This document shows positions 1 to 13,250 of a stretch of DNA of 64,000 bases, in pieces. Position 1 is the first letter of the stretch, and each line of letters begins with the position of its first letter. Source of the stretch: Macrostomum hystrix (taxonomy: Eukaryota > Animalia > Platyhelminthes); NCBI GenBank assembly GCA_950097015.1, contig CATNEN010000003.1, positions 9,238,001-9,302,000 on the forward strand, in the 5' to 3' direction. The translations under genes and the position numbers were made by a program. The notes below the pieces were generated by a model, which was not told the DNA's origin, ran no database searches, and saw only the letters and a list, made by a program, of their open reading frames with translations.

Positions 1-760
1 CTGGAAACAGAGAGGTAGAGTGATACAGGTTTCAGTGAAAAAGTAGTAAAGTGAGAGAGAGGTAGAGTGAGAGAGAGGTAGAGTGAGAGAGAGAGATTGA
101 GAGAGAGGTAGAGTGAGAGAGAGGTAGAGTGAGAGAGAGGTAAGAGTGAGAGAGAGGTAGAGTGAGAGAGAGGTAGAGTGAGAGAGAGGTAAGAGTGAGA
201 GAGAGGTAGAGTGAGAGAGAGGTAGAGTGAGAGATAGGTTGAGTGAGAGAGAGATAGAGTGAGAGAGATAGAGTGAGAGAGAGATTGAGAGAGAGAGAGA
301 TTGAGAGAGAGGTAGAGTGAGAGAGATAGAGTGAGAGAGTGGTAAGAGTGAGAGAGAGGTAGAGTGAGAGAGAGGTAGAGTGAGAGAGAGGTTGAGTGAG
401 AGAGAGGTATAGTGAGTGAGAGGTAGAATGAGAGAGATAGAGTGAGAGAGAGATTGAGAGAGAGGTAGAGTGAGAGAGATAGAGTGAGAGAGAGATTGAG
501 AGAGAGGTAGAGTGAGAGAGAGATTGAGAGAGAGGTAGAGTGAGAGAGAGGTACAGTGAGAGAGAGGTAGAGTTAGAGAGAGGTAGAGTGAGAGAGAGGT
601 ACAGTGAGAGAGAGGTAGAGTGAGAGAGAGGTAGAGTTAGAGAGAGGTAGAGTGAGAGAGAGGTAGAGTGAGAGAAAGGTACAGTGAGAGAGAGGTACAG
701 TGAGAGAGAGGTAGAGTTAGAGAGAGGTAGAGTTAGAGAGAGGTAGATTGAGAGACTGAG
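1..760. repeat. GA-rich minisatellite, ~16-bp unit (GAGTGAGAGAGAGGTA)
   Basis: Visible tandem repetition; accounts for the low-complexity ORF 32..925. Confidence 0.9.
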
Positions 761-2372
761 AATTGGATGTATGCAATTAAAGATTATATAATAACTTAAT
801 AACTTATGCACATTCAGTTTGGCACTGGAGTCCCTCAGTCTAAGCTGTTTTAATCGCAATTGAACAAACACAGCGGCGGCGCATAATGAAAGCGCTCGAG
901 CGGATGGTACAATCAGGACTCGCATACAGTTTTATGCACAATGCTAACTTAATTCATTCAAGTAAATATAGGACAGAAGAAGCAGAACACATATTAATGC
1001 GCTGGTGCTTGCCAGTTGCCTATAATTTCTATGCCGCGTTCGCTCTACATTCTACAATAATATTTATTTCATCTCCATAAATGGTCTTTAGCTGCCGAGG
1101 GTTCAGTCGAATCAGTTAGTCAAACTGTTTTTCTCGCTTGATCGTTGCTCTGTGAGCGTATATAAAAATTCTAGCAGAGCAATGGCCACTATTTTGCTGT
1201 TTTTCGCATGCATACAGATTAGTAAACGCTGGGTTAGGGAGAGAGTGAAGTACATATATTGGTAACTATGGCATTTTGCGCTCGGTTCAACCCGTTCAAT
1301 GAAACGCTTATCGCCTTGGCATGTTTATGTACGCGCCTAAATACTAAAAAATGTTAAAAGCGCATTTGTCCTAAAAATAGGAGGGCAATGCCTAAATGTT
1401 ATCTTAAATGCTATTGAAGCCGTATGGGCTGGCGCTGCTTTTGTTTGTGCATTTGCGCTAGAGTTGCAAATGCAAATGAATGAATGAATGTATGCTTGTG
1501 TGCATTTTTTCGCATAAGCCCAGACCTGCATTCTGCATACAATGACTGCGCCATTGAATAATACCGCAGTAATCAAAACTGGGGGAAGGTTCACCCCTAT
1601 CCACCCCACTTCAAACTCCGTATTCATTCTGTTTCTCGTTTGGACATGCCAGATCTGTCGTATGAATGGGGGGTAAGGAAGAAATCAAATGTACATCGAG
1701 TGTACATTTAGCATTTAACTCCCACCCCCTCCATAATTTTCATCCGTTTCTCTAGTCTGCACAAACCCACCCCATTTTGGCAGTGTACGCGCGGTCTGAA
1801 GAGAGAGAGAGGAGTACATTAAACTTGGGGTTGCCTTACCCCCGGGGTTGAAAACCCTGTCAGTTTTCTAACTCTCTCTCTGCGCCATACCCACCCTCCT
1901 TCAGGCCATAATCAAACCCTGCTACTGCTGGGCCTGTATATTCATAATACCCCTGCTGTTCTCTGTTCTGTCTCCTCTTTCTCCTGGTCTGCGTTCCTCT
2001 GCTGCTAGCATTTTTCTAAACAACGCATTAGCGCCTTCGCAACCAACGCCCTCTCTGTCTCAACTCTTTCTTCGCGTCTTCTCTTCCTTTTTTCTCTCAG
2101 CTTTTGTCTGAGCTGAGCTTGTTTTGTTCCATCATCTTGCTTCTCCCTGAAACCAGAAAGCATTTGTATCATCAATATATTGTGTTTTCAAGCAAATAAA
2201 GCATTAAGCAAGTTTTGTATTATTTTATCACGGAAGTGCCAGCAGATTTTGCATTGTTAGGCTTTAGAACATAACATTAAAGCGAAGCTTTTAAGATACA
2301 TGTACTGCGTTGAATCAATTCTTAACTGCACCTAGCATTAGCCAAAACTTCAATCGAAAAAAATTGAGCCCG

Positions 2373-2476
2373 ATGTCACTGTCAGCTCCACCTGGCGCCG
2401 GGTCTGCTGCGTCAACTTTTGATCTGTCCGACTCGCCTGAAAGCAGCGGCTCGCTGTTCCTATCGTTGTCTGGGGC
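2373..2476 (+). CDS. Divergent p53-family protein, exon 1 (MSLSAPPGAG...)
   Basis: ATG at 2373, open frame to donor GC|gtaagt; phase 2 matches exon 2. Confidence 0.65.
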
Positions 2477-2516
2477 GTAAGTACACTGATTATTAAGTGC
2501 AAAATTTAAAGGGAGT

Positions 2517-2975
2517 CTGACCCATTCCCTGACCTACCCATCTGACCTACCCACCTGACCTACCCATCTGACCTACCCATCTGACCTACCCATCTGAACT
2601 ACCCACCTGACCTACAAACCTGACCTACCCACCTGACCTACCCATCTGACCTACCCACCTGACCTATCTGACCTACCCACCTGACCTACACACCTGACCT
2701 ACCCACCTGACCTACACACCTGACCTACACACCTGACCTACCCACCTGACCTACCTATATTACCTACCCACCTGACCTACCTATCTGACCTACCTACCTG
2801 ACCTACCTACCTGACCTACCCACCTGACCTACCCATCTGACCAACCCACCTGACCTACCAACCTGACCTACCTATCTGAGGTCAGTTTGAGTCTGACCAA
2901 TTCCCTGACCTACCCACCTCACCTAGAAAAGTCAGTTTGAGTCTACTCATTCCCTGGCCTACCCACCTGACCTAG
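2517..2975. repeat. 13-bp minisatellite CTGACCTACCCAC in intron 1
   Basis: Tandem units visible. Confidence 0.9.
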
Positions 2976-3031
2976 ATCAGAGTCAGTTTGAGTCTGACCC
3001 ATTCCCCAACCCAACTCAAACTGTTCTCAAG

Positions 3032-3392
3032 CGCGTCGCCATTCTCATCGAGCGTGTCGTGCGGCAATTATTCGTTGAGCAACTCAAACTCGTCGGAGTC
3101 GCCAGGCACTCTGAGTCAAAACTCGGGCATTGTTATCGCTCAGAGTTGGCTGCCACAGCAACAGGATCTGAGGGACGACCCGTTCGCCAAGTTTCACACC
3201 TACTCTGTGCATTGTCAGGGTCAGAATGAGAGCGAATTGGATCCAAGTCAGACAACTATAGTTGATGATTGGTGTCAAAATAATTTCTTGACATCGCAGA
3301 ACCAGTTGCACAGCTTTATGCAACAGCAGCAGCAGCCGGCAGTAGGTCAAATAGGCATTGTTCATCATGCCAGTCTTCAAGCTGGTATTCAT
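3032..3392 (+). CDS. Divergent p53-family protein, exon 2 (Ser/Gln-rich N-terminal region)
   Basis: Acceptor ctcaag|, frame of ORF 2988..3446, donor CAT|gtaagt (phase 0). Confidence 0.7.
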
Positions 3393-3784
3393 GTAAGTAT
3401 AAACTTCATTTTAAGAAGCTTTCTGTTGGTTTTTATTTTAAACTAATAATTTCACTGTTAAACTTGAATACAGTACGAATGCATAGGGTTTAGCAGTTTG
3501 CTCGTTAAAATAATTCTAAGGTGCCTACAAAATCTTTTTTTTAGATCTCTCTTTACCTTATGGTTACCTTATAATTGCCACAGGAGTCTGTTAAGACAAG
3601 TTAATTAAAGGACTGTAGAAACGTTTTCTGACTAAAGGCTTATTAAGTATATGCTACACGTAGCAATGGCATCTGCAAAACTGGAACATTATAATCCTTC
3701 GTTTTGGATTTGATTTCCACTTTTAAATCTAATAGATTAGCTTATAATGATTTCTGATTTCCCATCGACTTACTCTCATCCCAA

Positions 3785-4250
3785 TGGGGATGATAATCCC
3801 ATGTAGGTAAATAAGGGATGATGAGCCCAAAGTAAGTTCTGGATAATTATAATTCCCTGACAGGTAAATTAGGGATAATGATCCCAGAGTAAAATGTGGA
3901 CGATAATCCCAAAGTAAATTTGGGATGATAATCCCATTGAAAATAAGGGATAATAATCCTATAACAAATTAGGGATAATGATCCGATAGGAAATTAGGGA
4001 TGATAATCCCATAGGAAATTAGGGATGATAATCCCATAGGAAATTAAGGATGATAATCCTATTGGAAATAAGGGCAGTGCTGATAATCCCAAAGGAAATT
4101 AGGGATGATAATCCCAAAGTAAATTGTGGATGATAATCCCATAGGAAATTAGGGATGATAATCCCATAGTAATTAGGTATGATAATCCTATAGGAAACTA
4201 GGGCAGGGCTGATAATCACAAAGGAAATTGGGGACGATAATCCCAAAGGT
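3785..4250. repeat. ~25-bp degenerate minisatellite GGGATGATAATCCCATAGGAAATTA in intron 2
   Basis: Tandem units, each with an internal GGGAT/ATCCC inverted repeat. Confidence 0.85.
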
Positions 4251-4417
4251 ATTAAATGCCTGGAGATTATTATAATACCTTCCCTAATTTCCCACGAGTT
4301 TTAATCCACAATTTACCTTGGGATTATCAATATCATCCCCTCGTCAACGTTTAGAATCTAGATGCACAAGACTTAAAAAGACCTTTAATCGCAAAATGAT
4401 TCCCCAATCTACGACAG

Positions 4418-4609
4418 GGAGAGGCCGTGATCTTTGGCGGCATCGATCTGGGCCAACCAGACGATCCGGATGGCCAGCAAAGAGCCGCTTTTGAAGCCTA
4501 CAGCGGCGACGCCTTCTCCAGCTTCTCTGTTCGGCCCCAGATGCTGGTGGAATGCAGAGGCGACAGTCTGCATAATAGAATCTTTGAACGGGGCGAGAAC
4601 TACTTTGGG
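4418..4609 (+). CDS. Divergent p53-family protein, exon 3 (ends ...ERGENYFG)
   Basis: gacag| acceptor and GGG|gtgagt donor, both phase 0; GENYFG-FSV resembles the start of the p53 DNA-binding domain (GSYGFRL). Confidence 0.75.
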
Positions 4610-4699
4610 GTGAGTGTTTTAGCTATGATTGATAATATATTTAATAATTGATTACACCTGACATAATTGAGTCATTGACCCAAACCTCAATTACACCAG

Positions 4700-4815
4700 C
4701 TGACTGCCAGTACCCATTTAACAGCTGGGTGAATTGAAACAATTCAGAGTTAGATGTCTTGCTAAAGGATACAAATTTTCCAATGGAGTCGGGAATCGAA
4801 CCCCCGACTTTCGTG
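4700..4815 (-). mobile_element. Degenerate tRNA-derived SINE fragment, family 2 (CORE-like segment)
   Basis: + strand cccatttaacagctgggtgaa...atgtcttgctaaaggatac...gggaatcgaacc, the last part being the reverse complement of a B box; similar to 34389-34505. Confidence 0.5.
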
Positions 4816-4924
4816 ACTTTTTTGTAGCTATCGTAAAATGGGAAGTAACTTAACACACCTATGGCTTACCCCTTACTTTTCGAAACTACTTTAGTTCGCT
4901 TATGTACTGCCCTCGTGCTTAAAA

Positions 4925-5092
4925 CTCGGTTTAACAATCGCGTCAGCCTATTGCGCTGAGAGTCCTGGGCTCGAATCCGCGGCCAGACCACACTGATAGC
5001 GAAGAGAAGGCTTTGGGGGACTTGTGCAATGAACATTGTAGTGTAGTGTGTACACAATAAGAAAGTCAGGAACCGCAGATGTACACACCTGT
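4925..5092 (+). mobile_element. Degenerate copy of tRNA-derived SINE family 1
   Basis: B box ggctcgaatcc followed by gaaggctttgggggacttgtgcaat...gaaagtcagg...cagatgtacacacctgt, shared with the copies at 17671, 39788 and 46180. Confidence 0.7.
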
Positions 5093-5112
5093 CTCCTTCG
5101 TCCCTCATACAG

Positions 5113-5583
5113 TTCAGTGTTGAAGATCGTCGTCTATTAGAATCGGCCATTCTCCAAGACGAACCAACCGTCTCTAAGCAGCAGCAGCAGCAGCAACTAA
5201 AAGACCAGCCAATTGAGCAATCCGGCAATCCGCTGCTGACGCATTTTCCGCGTCGCAAACTGGACGCCGACCTGCGCGTGCCGGCTTGCGTCTACCTGGA
5301 CGACAAGAGCAGCCGGCGTCAGCTGACCCTAGACATTAACTGCGGCGCCCCGGTTAGCAAGCTGCTGATTCGCTGCCAAGCTATCGGCCTGTTACCCAAT
5401 CAGGTGATTCATCCGTGCCCTAAATGCGCCGATAAAGCCGACGGTCTTCTGGTTAGCATCGCCAGTCACAGCCTTGAAGGTCTTGTACACGCCGACTCTG
5501 AGAGACAGCAGAGCTGCCTGTATGTTACCGGGCAGCCGGAGTCGAGCAAGATATGGCTTACTCTGCGCTATAACTGCTGCCAG
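5113..5583 (+). CDS. Divergent p53-family protein, exon 4 (DNA-binding domain core: CVYLDDK, VIHPCPKC, LRYNCCQ)
   Basis: catacag| acceptor, CAG|gtgaga donor, frame of ORF 5278..5670; motifs align with p53 CTYS, VVRRCPHH and YNYMCNS. Confidence 0.8.
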
Positions 5584-5694
5584 GTGAGATGCCAGTCTCA
5601 TGCTTGCTTGAATTATTGTCTAGGTGGAAATAACAGGCAAGTTAGGTTTACAAGCCTATTAGATAGCTGAAAAACTGATTTAACCTAAAAAATG

Positions 5695-6170
5695 CCTGTC
5701 TAACAGGTGATTAACCTGTCTAACAGGTGATTAGCCTGTCTAACAGGTGATAAGCCTGAAACAGGTGATAAGCCTGAAACAGGTGATAAGCTTGTCTAAC
5801 AGGTGATAAGCCTGTCTAACAGGTTAGAAAACTGTCCAACAGGTGAGAAACCTGTCCAACAGGTGTTAATCCTGTCCAGCAGGTGGTAATCCTATCCAAC
5901 AGGTGAGAAACCTGTCCAATAGGTAAGAAACCTGTCTAACAGGTGAGAAACCTGTCTAACAGGTGTTAATCCTGTCCAACAGGTGGTAATCCTTTCCAAC
6001 AGGTGAGAAACCTGTCCAACAGGTGAGAAACCTGTCCAACAGGCGTTAATCCTGTCCAACAGGTGTTAATCCTGTCCAACAGGTGTTTATCCTGTCCAAC
6101 AGGTGTTTATCCTGTCCAACAGGTGTTTATCCTGTCCAACAGGTGTTAATCCTGTCCAGCAGGTGAGAAT
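5695..6170. repeat. 20-bp minisatellite CCTGTCCAACAGGTGTTAAT in intron 4
   Basis: Tandem units with CCTG/CAGG arms. Confidence 0.9.
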
Positions 6171-6206
6171 CCCGTCTAAAAACCTTTCCTTCCTCGCCCA
6201 CCAAAG

Positions 6207-6602
6207 GATCATCTGCGCAACAGTCAGCGAATAGACCACCTGGCCCTCGCCAACCTCATCACCGTGATTGAGGCATTCGATGAGCTTGGCTGCTTACTTG
6301 GCCGGGCCAGCTATCGGGTTCGTGTTGTGGCTTCGCCTGCGCGAGACCTACTGAGATTTCTAACAAACCAGTTAACACCGGCTCAGACTGGCTGCACTCT
6401 TGGCCAATGCGCCCACCTTGCGGCCCGGTGGAAGCCAGAAAGATTTCGTCAACTGCCCAAGCCAGTTCTGCGCTGGTGCCTTGAACAGTTTCGTTTTAAA
6501 AACGATTTACGCAATGAGCTGGAGGCACTGCTAGGTCACGAACAGGTTAGTAGGCTAGCCAGTAGCCTAGGAATAAAGCGGCATCATCCAGACTCCGCTG
6601 AG

Positions 6603-6645
<43 letters not shown>

Positions 6646-6788
6646 TGCAGTTGCTACCAGACGGCAGTCTGCTAATTCAATCGCCGGATCGAATCAAAAT
6701 GGCTCGGATTCGCGCTGCCGCAGCCGCCATTTTGAACGAACCTGAGGTTAAAAATGGCGCTACAATCAGTCTGACAGGCAACGCCATT

Positions 6789-6819
<31 letters not shown>

Positions 6820-6929
6820 TGATGCAGCCCCCGCTGCCGCCACCGGCGCCACCAATGGCCGGCGGTGCCTCGGCTTCTGGCATGGCTTTTCAGCCGATTT
6901 TACTAATCCGACCGTACTGCCAGTTTTAG
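6207..6929 (+). CDS. Divergent p53-family protein, exon 5 (end of DNA-binding domain plus polyQ/Pro tail)
   Basis: LITVIEAFDELGCLLGRASYRVRVVASPARD aligns with p53 [31 protein letters not shown]; stop TAG at 6927-6929; spliced CDS 1851 nt. Confidence 0.8.
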
Positions 6930-9439
6930 AGACTGTGGTTAATTTTAATGAGGCTTAGCTTTGTTTGTAAAATAGACTTTAGGTCTATTTAATTGTTATA
7001 GGTTTTGTTTTGCTATCTCTTTGTACCAAAGAATTTTGCTTTGATTGAAAATTCCAATCAGTACTTCTGCCAATACGCAGCTACTGGCTTGTGGGTTTTA
7101 ATTTGAAAATGTCGAAATTCAATTATTGTTGAAACTAGCTACTATTAGTAGAGTTACAATTTAGCATGGTTATTTTATTTTTCGGACATGTTTGCATTTT
7201 AATTGCCATTTCACTGGTGATTGTTAGTAATTGTGTTGTCGATTTTTTATAATCACGTACGTTTATAATGTACATCTTACTGTGTACATTTTACTATTTA
7301 CATCCAACTAATGTACACTTGACTATGTACATTCTACAATGTACATTATTATGTGTACATTCTACTATGTACATTCTTCTCTGTACATTTAGTTATGTAG
7401 ATACAACATTGTGCATTCTAGTATTCTAGAATATGATGTGCATAGCATTTGCAGTTGCACTGAACGATAACATTTAAAAAATTTAAATGGCAGATTTAGT
7501 TTGACAGTTAAGCTTAGATAAGTGTTGTTTTACTTCAGTAAACATTTATTTTTTCACTTATCTATTGCACTTATAGCTATTCGGCCTACGCTTTGATTGC
7601 TTTTCTCCTAATTTATCCCCAGCCCCATATTTTTATAATTTACACATTTAATAATGTGCGCTTTTTATAATACTAAAGACATTTATTTCCTTTGCTTTGC
7701 CATCAAAATTATTTGGCACTTTAGAATTTCTATTGAAGTGGCGATTTTGTTTTCAATTTTACTGCCTGTTCCGACACTAACTACTGGCATCAGTAATGGT
7801 TTTATACTATTTATACACCACATTCTAAAAACTGTCATTAATAATCTGAACATCTGAAGTCACGACTTTAGGTTACACCTGAGAGCCTAACCTTTAAGTC
7901 TAACTATAAACTGATTACAATAATCGGTAGTATTTTCCTAATCAGTCAGTCCTTTAAAAAATCCAATAAGCTGTTAAGTAAATCTTAACGATTAATTAGA
8001 AATTCTAAGAAGTAAGTTTTGGCGCATTTTCAAAATCTCCATTTTGCCTTAAATTTGCTTTCCAATGATCGATTTTGCTCTCTAATTAGTTTGTGCGTGC
8101 TTTTTTTAATCTATCATCATTTCTATTCTTCTACCCGTGTAAAACTTGGATAATTTTTGCGTTTACTAATAATTTTAATAATTAATAGTGGCTATTTGCT
8201 TTGTGCTCGGCTATTTATATTTATATTTTTAATTTCAGTTGGGTTTTAATTCCTCTTTTAATGTCTCTATTTTTCTGCCTTCGAGTTTGTCGCATTCTCC
8301 CTTAATCCCCGATGCGTTTAAATGTCGGTGCACTTTTGTGCTGATTGAATCCTTATTTGCTCACCGCATACTTCACTGTCCCTAAATTTAAGCGCTAGAA
8401 AATATGTATTCAGTGTTGGCCCGCTTTTGCATTCTTTTCACGTTTTATTAGAAAGAAAGCAGTAGAAAAAATCGTTGCTTACTACTTACCATATGCTCAC
8501 TAAGTAGGGTGTTCTGGGAAGGAAAAAGTGTGGGTGAATGTTCCGTACGTGCCCAAAACTTGTTTTTATTTATCGATTTTTGTTTCTGTCTCTTTTTTAA
8601 GACTGTCTGCTTTTAATTGGATTTTAAACAATTTACCGATTGTTTGTCGGCGTAAATTTTAGTGTACAAAGTGTGATTTTAGCTAACTTTCCTCGCCCAA
8701 GCTTCATTGCTTCATTCTTGTGTGTCTATTTTTTCTGTGTTGCCTGAGTCTGAGTTGAATTTAGAAACCTGGAGTTCTAACTATTTGGTAGGCCTTGTTA
8801 GCAGGTTGGATTTTTCGTATGCATTATTACTATGAGTAGCATTTAGATTTTTCACAGGTTTTTCTCCTTCTTCCTCTTTCTTTAGCCATCCTAGCTGCCC
8901 AGTTTTCTTTAGCTAAAAATGTGTACAAATACGAGCTATTATACTACTCAGCCCTTGTTAACTTTATCAACAAATAGGCTTATCATGCTACTGATTCATC
9001 TAATGGAGATAGGCCTGATTCCATTTAATTGTTGTTTTTGTGTTCATAGCATCATTTCGCTCGCATTGTTGTACTCTTTATCGTGACTAATTAACTTTTA
9101 TTGCATGCATTCACGTTTATCTTTAACTAAAAAATTATATTTTTACAATATCGGGATTAGCTTTTATGCGTATTTCATAGGGACACTAAGGAATTATTGC
9201 CCCAAGCGCTTCAATCTTTCTATTTGTCCTCCTTTTTCTGGCGCCATTTCCCCAGTGTTTGACTAGACATTTCGCGTAGTAGCTTTTTGTCAAGTGCATT
9301 CTTCTCTGTGATAATCCTTTATTATTATTTAATGGTAGTTTGCTACTTCTCTTTCATCTCTCTGGCTTACATGTTTATTCTTGATATCGACTAACACTAT
9401 CTAATTAGAGTTCTTAGTTAAAACAATACCTCTCAACTG

Positions 9440-9802
9440 ACCAACCCTCGCTCACTCCAGTCAGTGTGCACTAGCTATCGACCAACCTCCCTCCATCAAA
9501 CCCCTCTGACTCCAGTCAGTGTACACTCGCTATCGACCAACCTCCCTCCAACAAACCCCTCTCACTCCAGTCAGTGTACACTCGCTATCGACCAACCTCC
9601 CTCCAACAAACCCCTCTCACTCCAGTCAGTGTACACTCGCTATCGACCAACCTCCCTCCAACAAACCCCTCTCACTCCAGTCAGTGTACACTCGCTATCG
9701 ACCAACCTCCCTCCAACAAACCCCTCTCACTCCAGTCAGTGTACACTCGCTATCGACCAACCTCCCTCCAACAAACCCCTCTCACTCCAGTCAGTGTACA
9801 CT
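9440..9802. repeat. 55-bp tandem repeat (~6.5 copies)
   Basis: Near-identical units; ORF starts offset by 55 nt. Confidence 0.9.
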
Positions 9803-10839
9803 ATTTAACGTGTATTAAGCCATAGAGATGCATAGAGAAGGGTTCAACAAATCCTAGGATCTGTTTGGTGTTGAGATTTCTGTGTATTTGTGTGCATTTT
9901 TAATCATAATTGCGTTTCACTAAGAATTTTATATTTATAACAAAAATTGCGTGCCGAATTTTCAGTAATAATAGGCTTGGACAAATAATATCAGATTGCT
10001 GTGTACCCAAATTGATGCTCCTATTAATTAATTCAGATAATTTGAAACACCCAGTTATCCTGTTTGCATCTTAATCCGAAATTTGCATTTTCTGGCTTGC
10101 TTCATCTTACGACCCTCCCCACCCCTACATTTAACCAATCAATAGCAGATAGATTTTTCATTTGTAATTGTTCATCGTGGAGTTTGAAAAAAGTTGTGTT
10201 CAAAGTTTCTTTTTTCGTCGGATTTTAGTTAAGCACTTTAAGAAGAAATCAGTTTATATGCCTTTGTGTTCAGGCTTATTTGTGTTAATTTCTTGTGATC
10301 GGGGGCATTTAAAGAAAATCATTTATTTCTCTGTGTATTCGCTATTTATAGATAACTACTATGGAAAAGATTTGCCTGCTATTTTACTACTGTTAGTAGT
10401 CTTGAGTAGTATCTGTTCTGCTAAATTTATTCTTAACCCAGCTCACCAAAGTTATAGTAGGCCCTTGTCTGTGTTTGTTTGGTTTGTGTTTTTTTCTATC
10501 AATCCTAGACTGTGTTGTAGTGCTCAAATCATTTTTTCTCTTTCTACGAGTAGCTGTGTAATGTTCAGCCCGATTGCTTAATAATCTATCTTTCAAATGA
10601 GTAGGCCTTTAACTGCTATTTATTCGGCATTTTGGATATGCTTTTGTTAGCACAGGCATTTTCTGCTGGTTTCGAAAATTCCATACGATCGTAACGGCGG
10701 GAGCTAAGTTTTGTCCTGAAAAAATATTTTAGACTCCTAATAGGGGATCCCAAAATAATATTGAGGAGTCTTAGGAGTCTCTGAAATCGCATTATCCCAT
10801 TGTAAACAATCCTAAGCAATCCTCAATCCAGTATCTAAG

Positions 10840-11545
10840 GTCCCGAAATGCCAAAATCCAAAAATTTACTATGTCAAAATCCCAAGATCCCATAACCTAC
10901 AATCCGGAAATCCCAAGATCCAACAATCTACGATCCCGAAATCCCAAGATCCCATAGCCTACGATTCCGAAATCCCAAGATCCCATAGCCTACGATCCCG
11001 AAATCCCAAGATCCCAAAGCCTACAATCCTGAAATCACAACATCGCATAGCCAACAATCCCGAAATCCCAAGATCCCATAGCTTACGATCCCGAAATCCC
11101 AAGATCCCACAGCCTACGATCCCGAAATCCCAAGATCCCATAGCCTACGATCCCGAAATCCCAAGATCCCATAGCCTACGATCCCGAAATGCCAAGATCC
11201 CATAGCCTACGATCCCGAAAACCCAAGATCCCATAGCCTACGATCCCAAAATCCCAAGATCCCATTGCCTATGATCCCGAAATCCCAAGATCCCATAGCC
11301 TACGATCCCGAAAACCCAAGATCCCATATCCTACGATCCCGAAATCCCAAGATCCCATTGCCTATGATCCCGAAATCCCAAGATCCCATAGCCTACGATC
11401 CCGAAATCCCAAGAACCCATAACCTACGTTCCCGAAATCCCAATATCCCACAATCTACGATCTCGAAATCCCAAGATCCCACAGCCTACGATCCCGAAAT
11501 CCCAAGATCCATAACCTACGATCCCGAAATCCTAAGATCCCATAG
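10840..11545. repeat. 31-bp minisatellite GATCCCGAAATCCCAAGATCCCATAGCCTAC
   Basis: Tandem units visible. Confidence 0.9.
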
Positions 11546-11867
11546 CAATGGCCAAGAAACAGTTCCTGTTGTTCGTCCGTTCCCGACTTGAACCCGGCCT
11601 AATAATGTACGTGCCACTTTCACTCTGCTTGTCTGTTACTTGATTTATTTGCTCGTTATAGCTAAATTGGCGTTAATATTTTCCACTTCACTAACAGAGA
11701 AAATAGTTTTATTCGCAGCCCCAGTTACCAATACGATCTGTCATTGGTTAGGTTTTTTCACCGATTCGCATTTTCCTCCCACTCTTCACTAATTATACGC
11801 GTGAGTTTTTTGTTCGCTGAATAATTGAATCACTATTTGAAAAAAACACATTTTATCGCATTGCCCC

Positions 11868-12096
11868 ACTATAAGTACATATACTATAAGTACATAAGTA
11901 CTATAAGTGCATAAGTGCTATAAGTACATATGTACAATAAGTACATAAGTACTATAAGTACATAAGTACTATAAGTACATAAGTACTATAAGTGCATAAG
12001 TGCTATAAGTACATATGTACAATAAGTACATAAGTACTATAAGTACATAAGTACTATAAGTACATAAGTACTATAAGTACATAAGTACTATAAGTA
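11868..12096. repeat. 17-bp minisatellite AAGTACATAAGTACTAT
   Basis: Tandem units visible. Confidence 0.85.
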
Positions 12097-12364
12097 TCCC
12101 TGGATTGTTACGCCGTGTGCCAGAGCGTGATTTTAACCCCAGACCCAGTTTTTTAACCGTTGCTTTTAATTGCGGACGATGTCAATTAGCATTGAATGGA
12201 ATATATTATATATTTATTTATATCATTTAGGATACTGCATATATAATAAACTTTTTTAGCACATCATTTTTAATAGGAATCGCATGAGCGACATTAGCAT
12301 ACTCAAGCAATCGTTGTTTTCAACCCTCTGTCTCTCATTTTAATATAGTTTTTCATTGGCTTAG

Positions 12365-12840
12365 GTTCTGAATAACAGAGTACAAGAGATGTGACATTCT
12401 GAATGACAGAGTACAAGAGATGTGAGATTCTGAATGACAGAGTACAAGAGATGTGACATTCTGAATGACAGAGTACAAGAGATGTGAGATTCTGAATGAC
12501 AGAATACAAGAGATGTGACATTCTGAATGACAGAGTACAAGAGATGTGACATTCTGAATGACAGAGTACAAGAGATGTGAGATTCTGAATGACAGAGTAC
12601 AAGAGATGCGAGATTCTGAATGACAGAGTACAAGAGATGTGACATTCTGAATGACAGAGTACAAGAGATGTGAGATTCTGAATGACAGAGTACAAGAGAT
12701 GTGACATTCTGAATGACAGAGTACAAGAGATGTGAGATTCTGAATGACAGAGTACAAGAGATGTGAGATTCTGAATGACAGAGTACAACAGATGTGAGAT
12801 TCTGAATGACAGAGTACAAGAGATGTGAGATGCTGAATGA
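12365..12840. repeat. 31-bp minisatellite ATTCTGAATGACAGAGTACAAGAGATGTGA(C/G)
   Basis: Tandem units visible. Confidence 0.9.
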
Positions 12841-13250
12841 CTCAGTGATTCAGTCGTGAATGATTTTTTTCCTGACTATTTACGATTAATAAAATCATAC
12901 TACTTGGAGTAACTAAATTATGCTTTAGGTGCATTTATATTTTTACTGTTATATTTGTTGCACAAAAACACATTTAGAAAATCGAATGTTTGTAGAGAAA
13001 GAATAGAATTGAACAATGGAATAAAAATTAAGTTCCATTTTTACCATCGTACCACATACACTTACAAGTATAAATAGAGAATACAACATTGAATCAAGTG
13101 GATATAGTGAATTCAATGATACATGATCTGACAGTTATGAAGGCTGCATTCAATTTTTGAAGGCTGAATTGGTGAACATGTCATGGGGGGGGGTAAAAAT
13201 GGTCGGCAACCTAGGGTTATATAGCCGATAAAAATTACAACAATAGCGAA

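Noticed and set aside
1642-1651. p53 response element upstream of the p53-like gene (GGACATGCCA; also GGACATGTTT near 7184)
   Set aside because: Isolated half-sites only, expected by chance.
6930-10840. Small ORFs in the AT-rich region after the p53-like gene
   Set aside because: No recognisable motifs or consistent splice structure; probably 3' UTR or intergenic.
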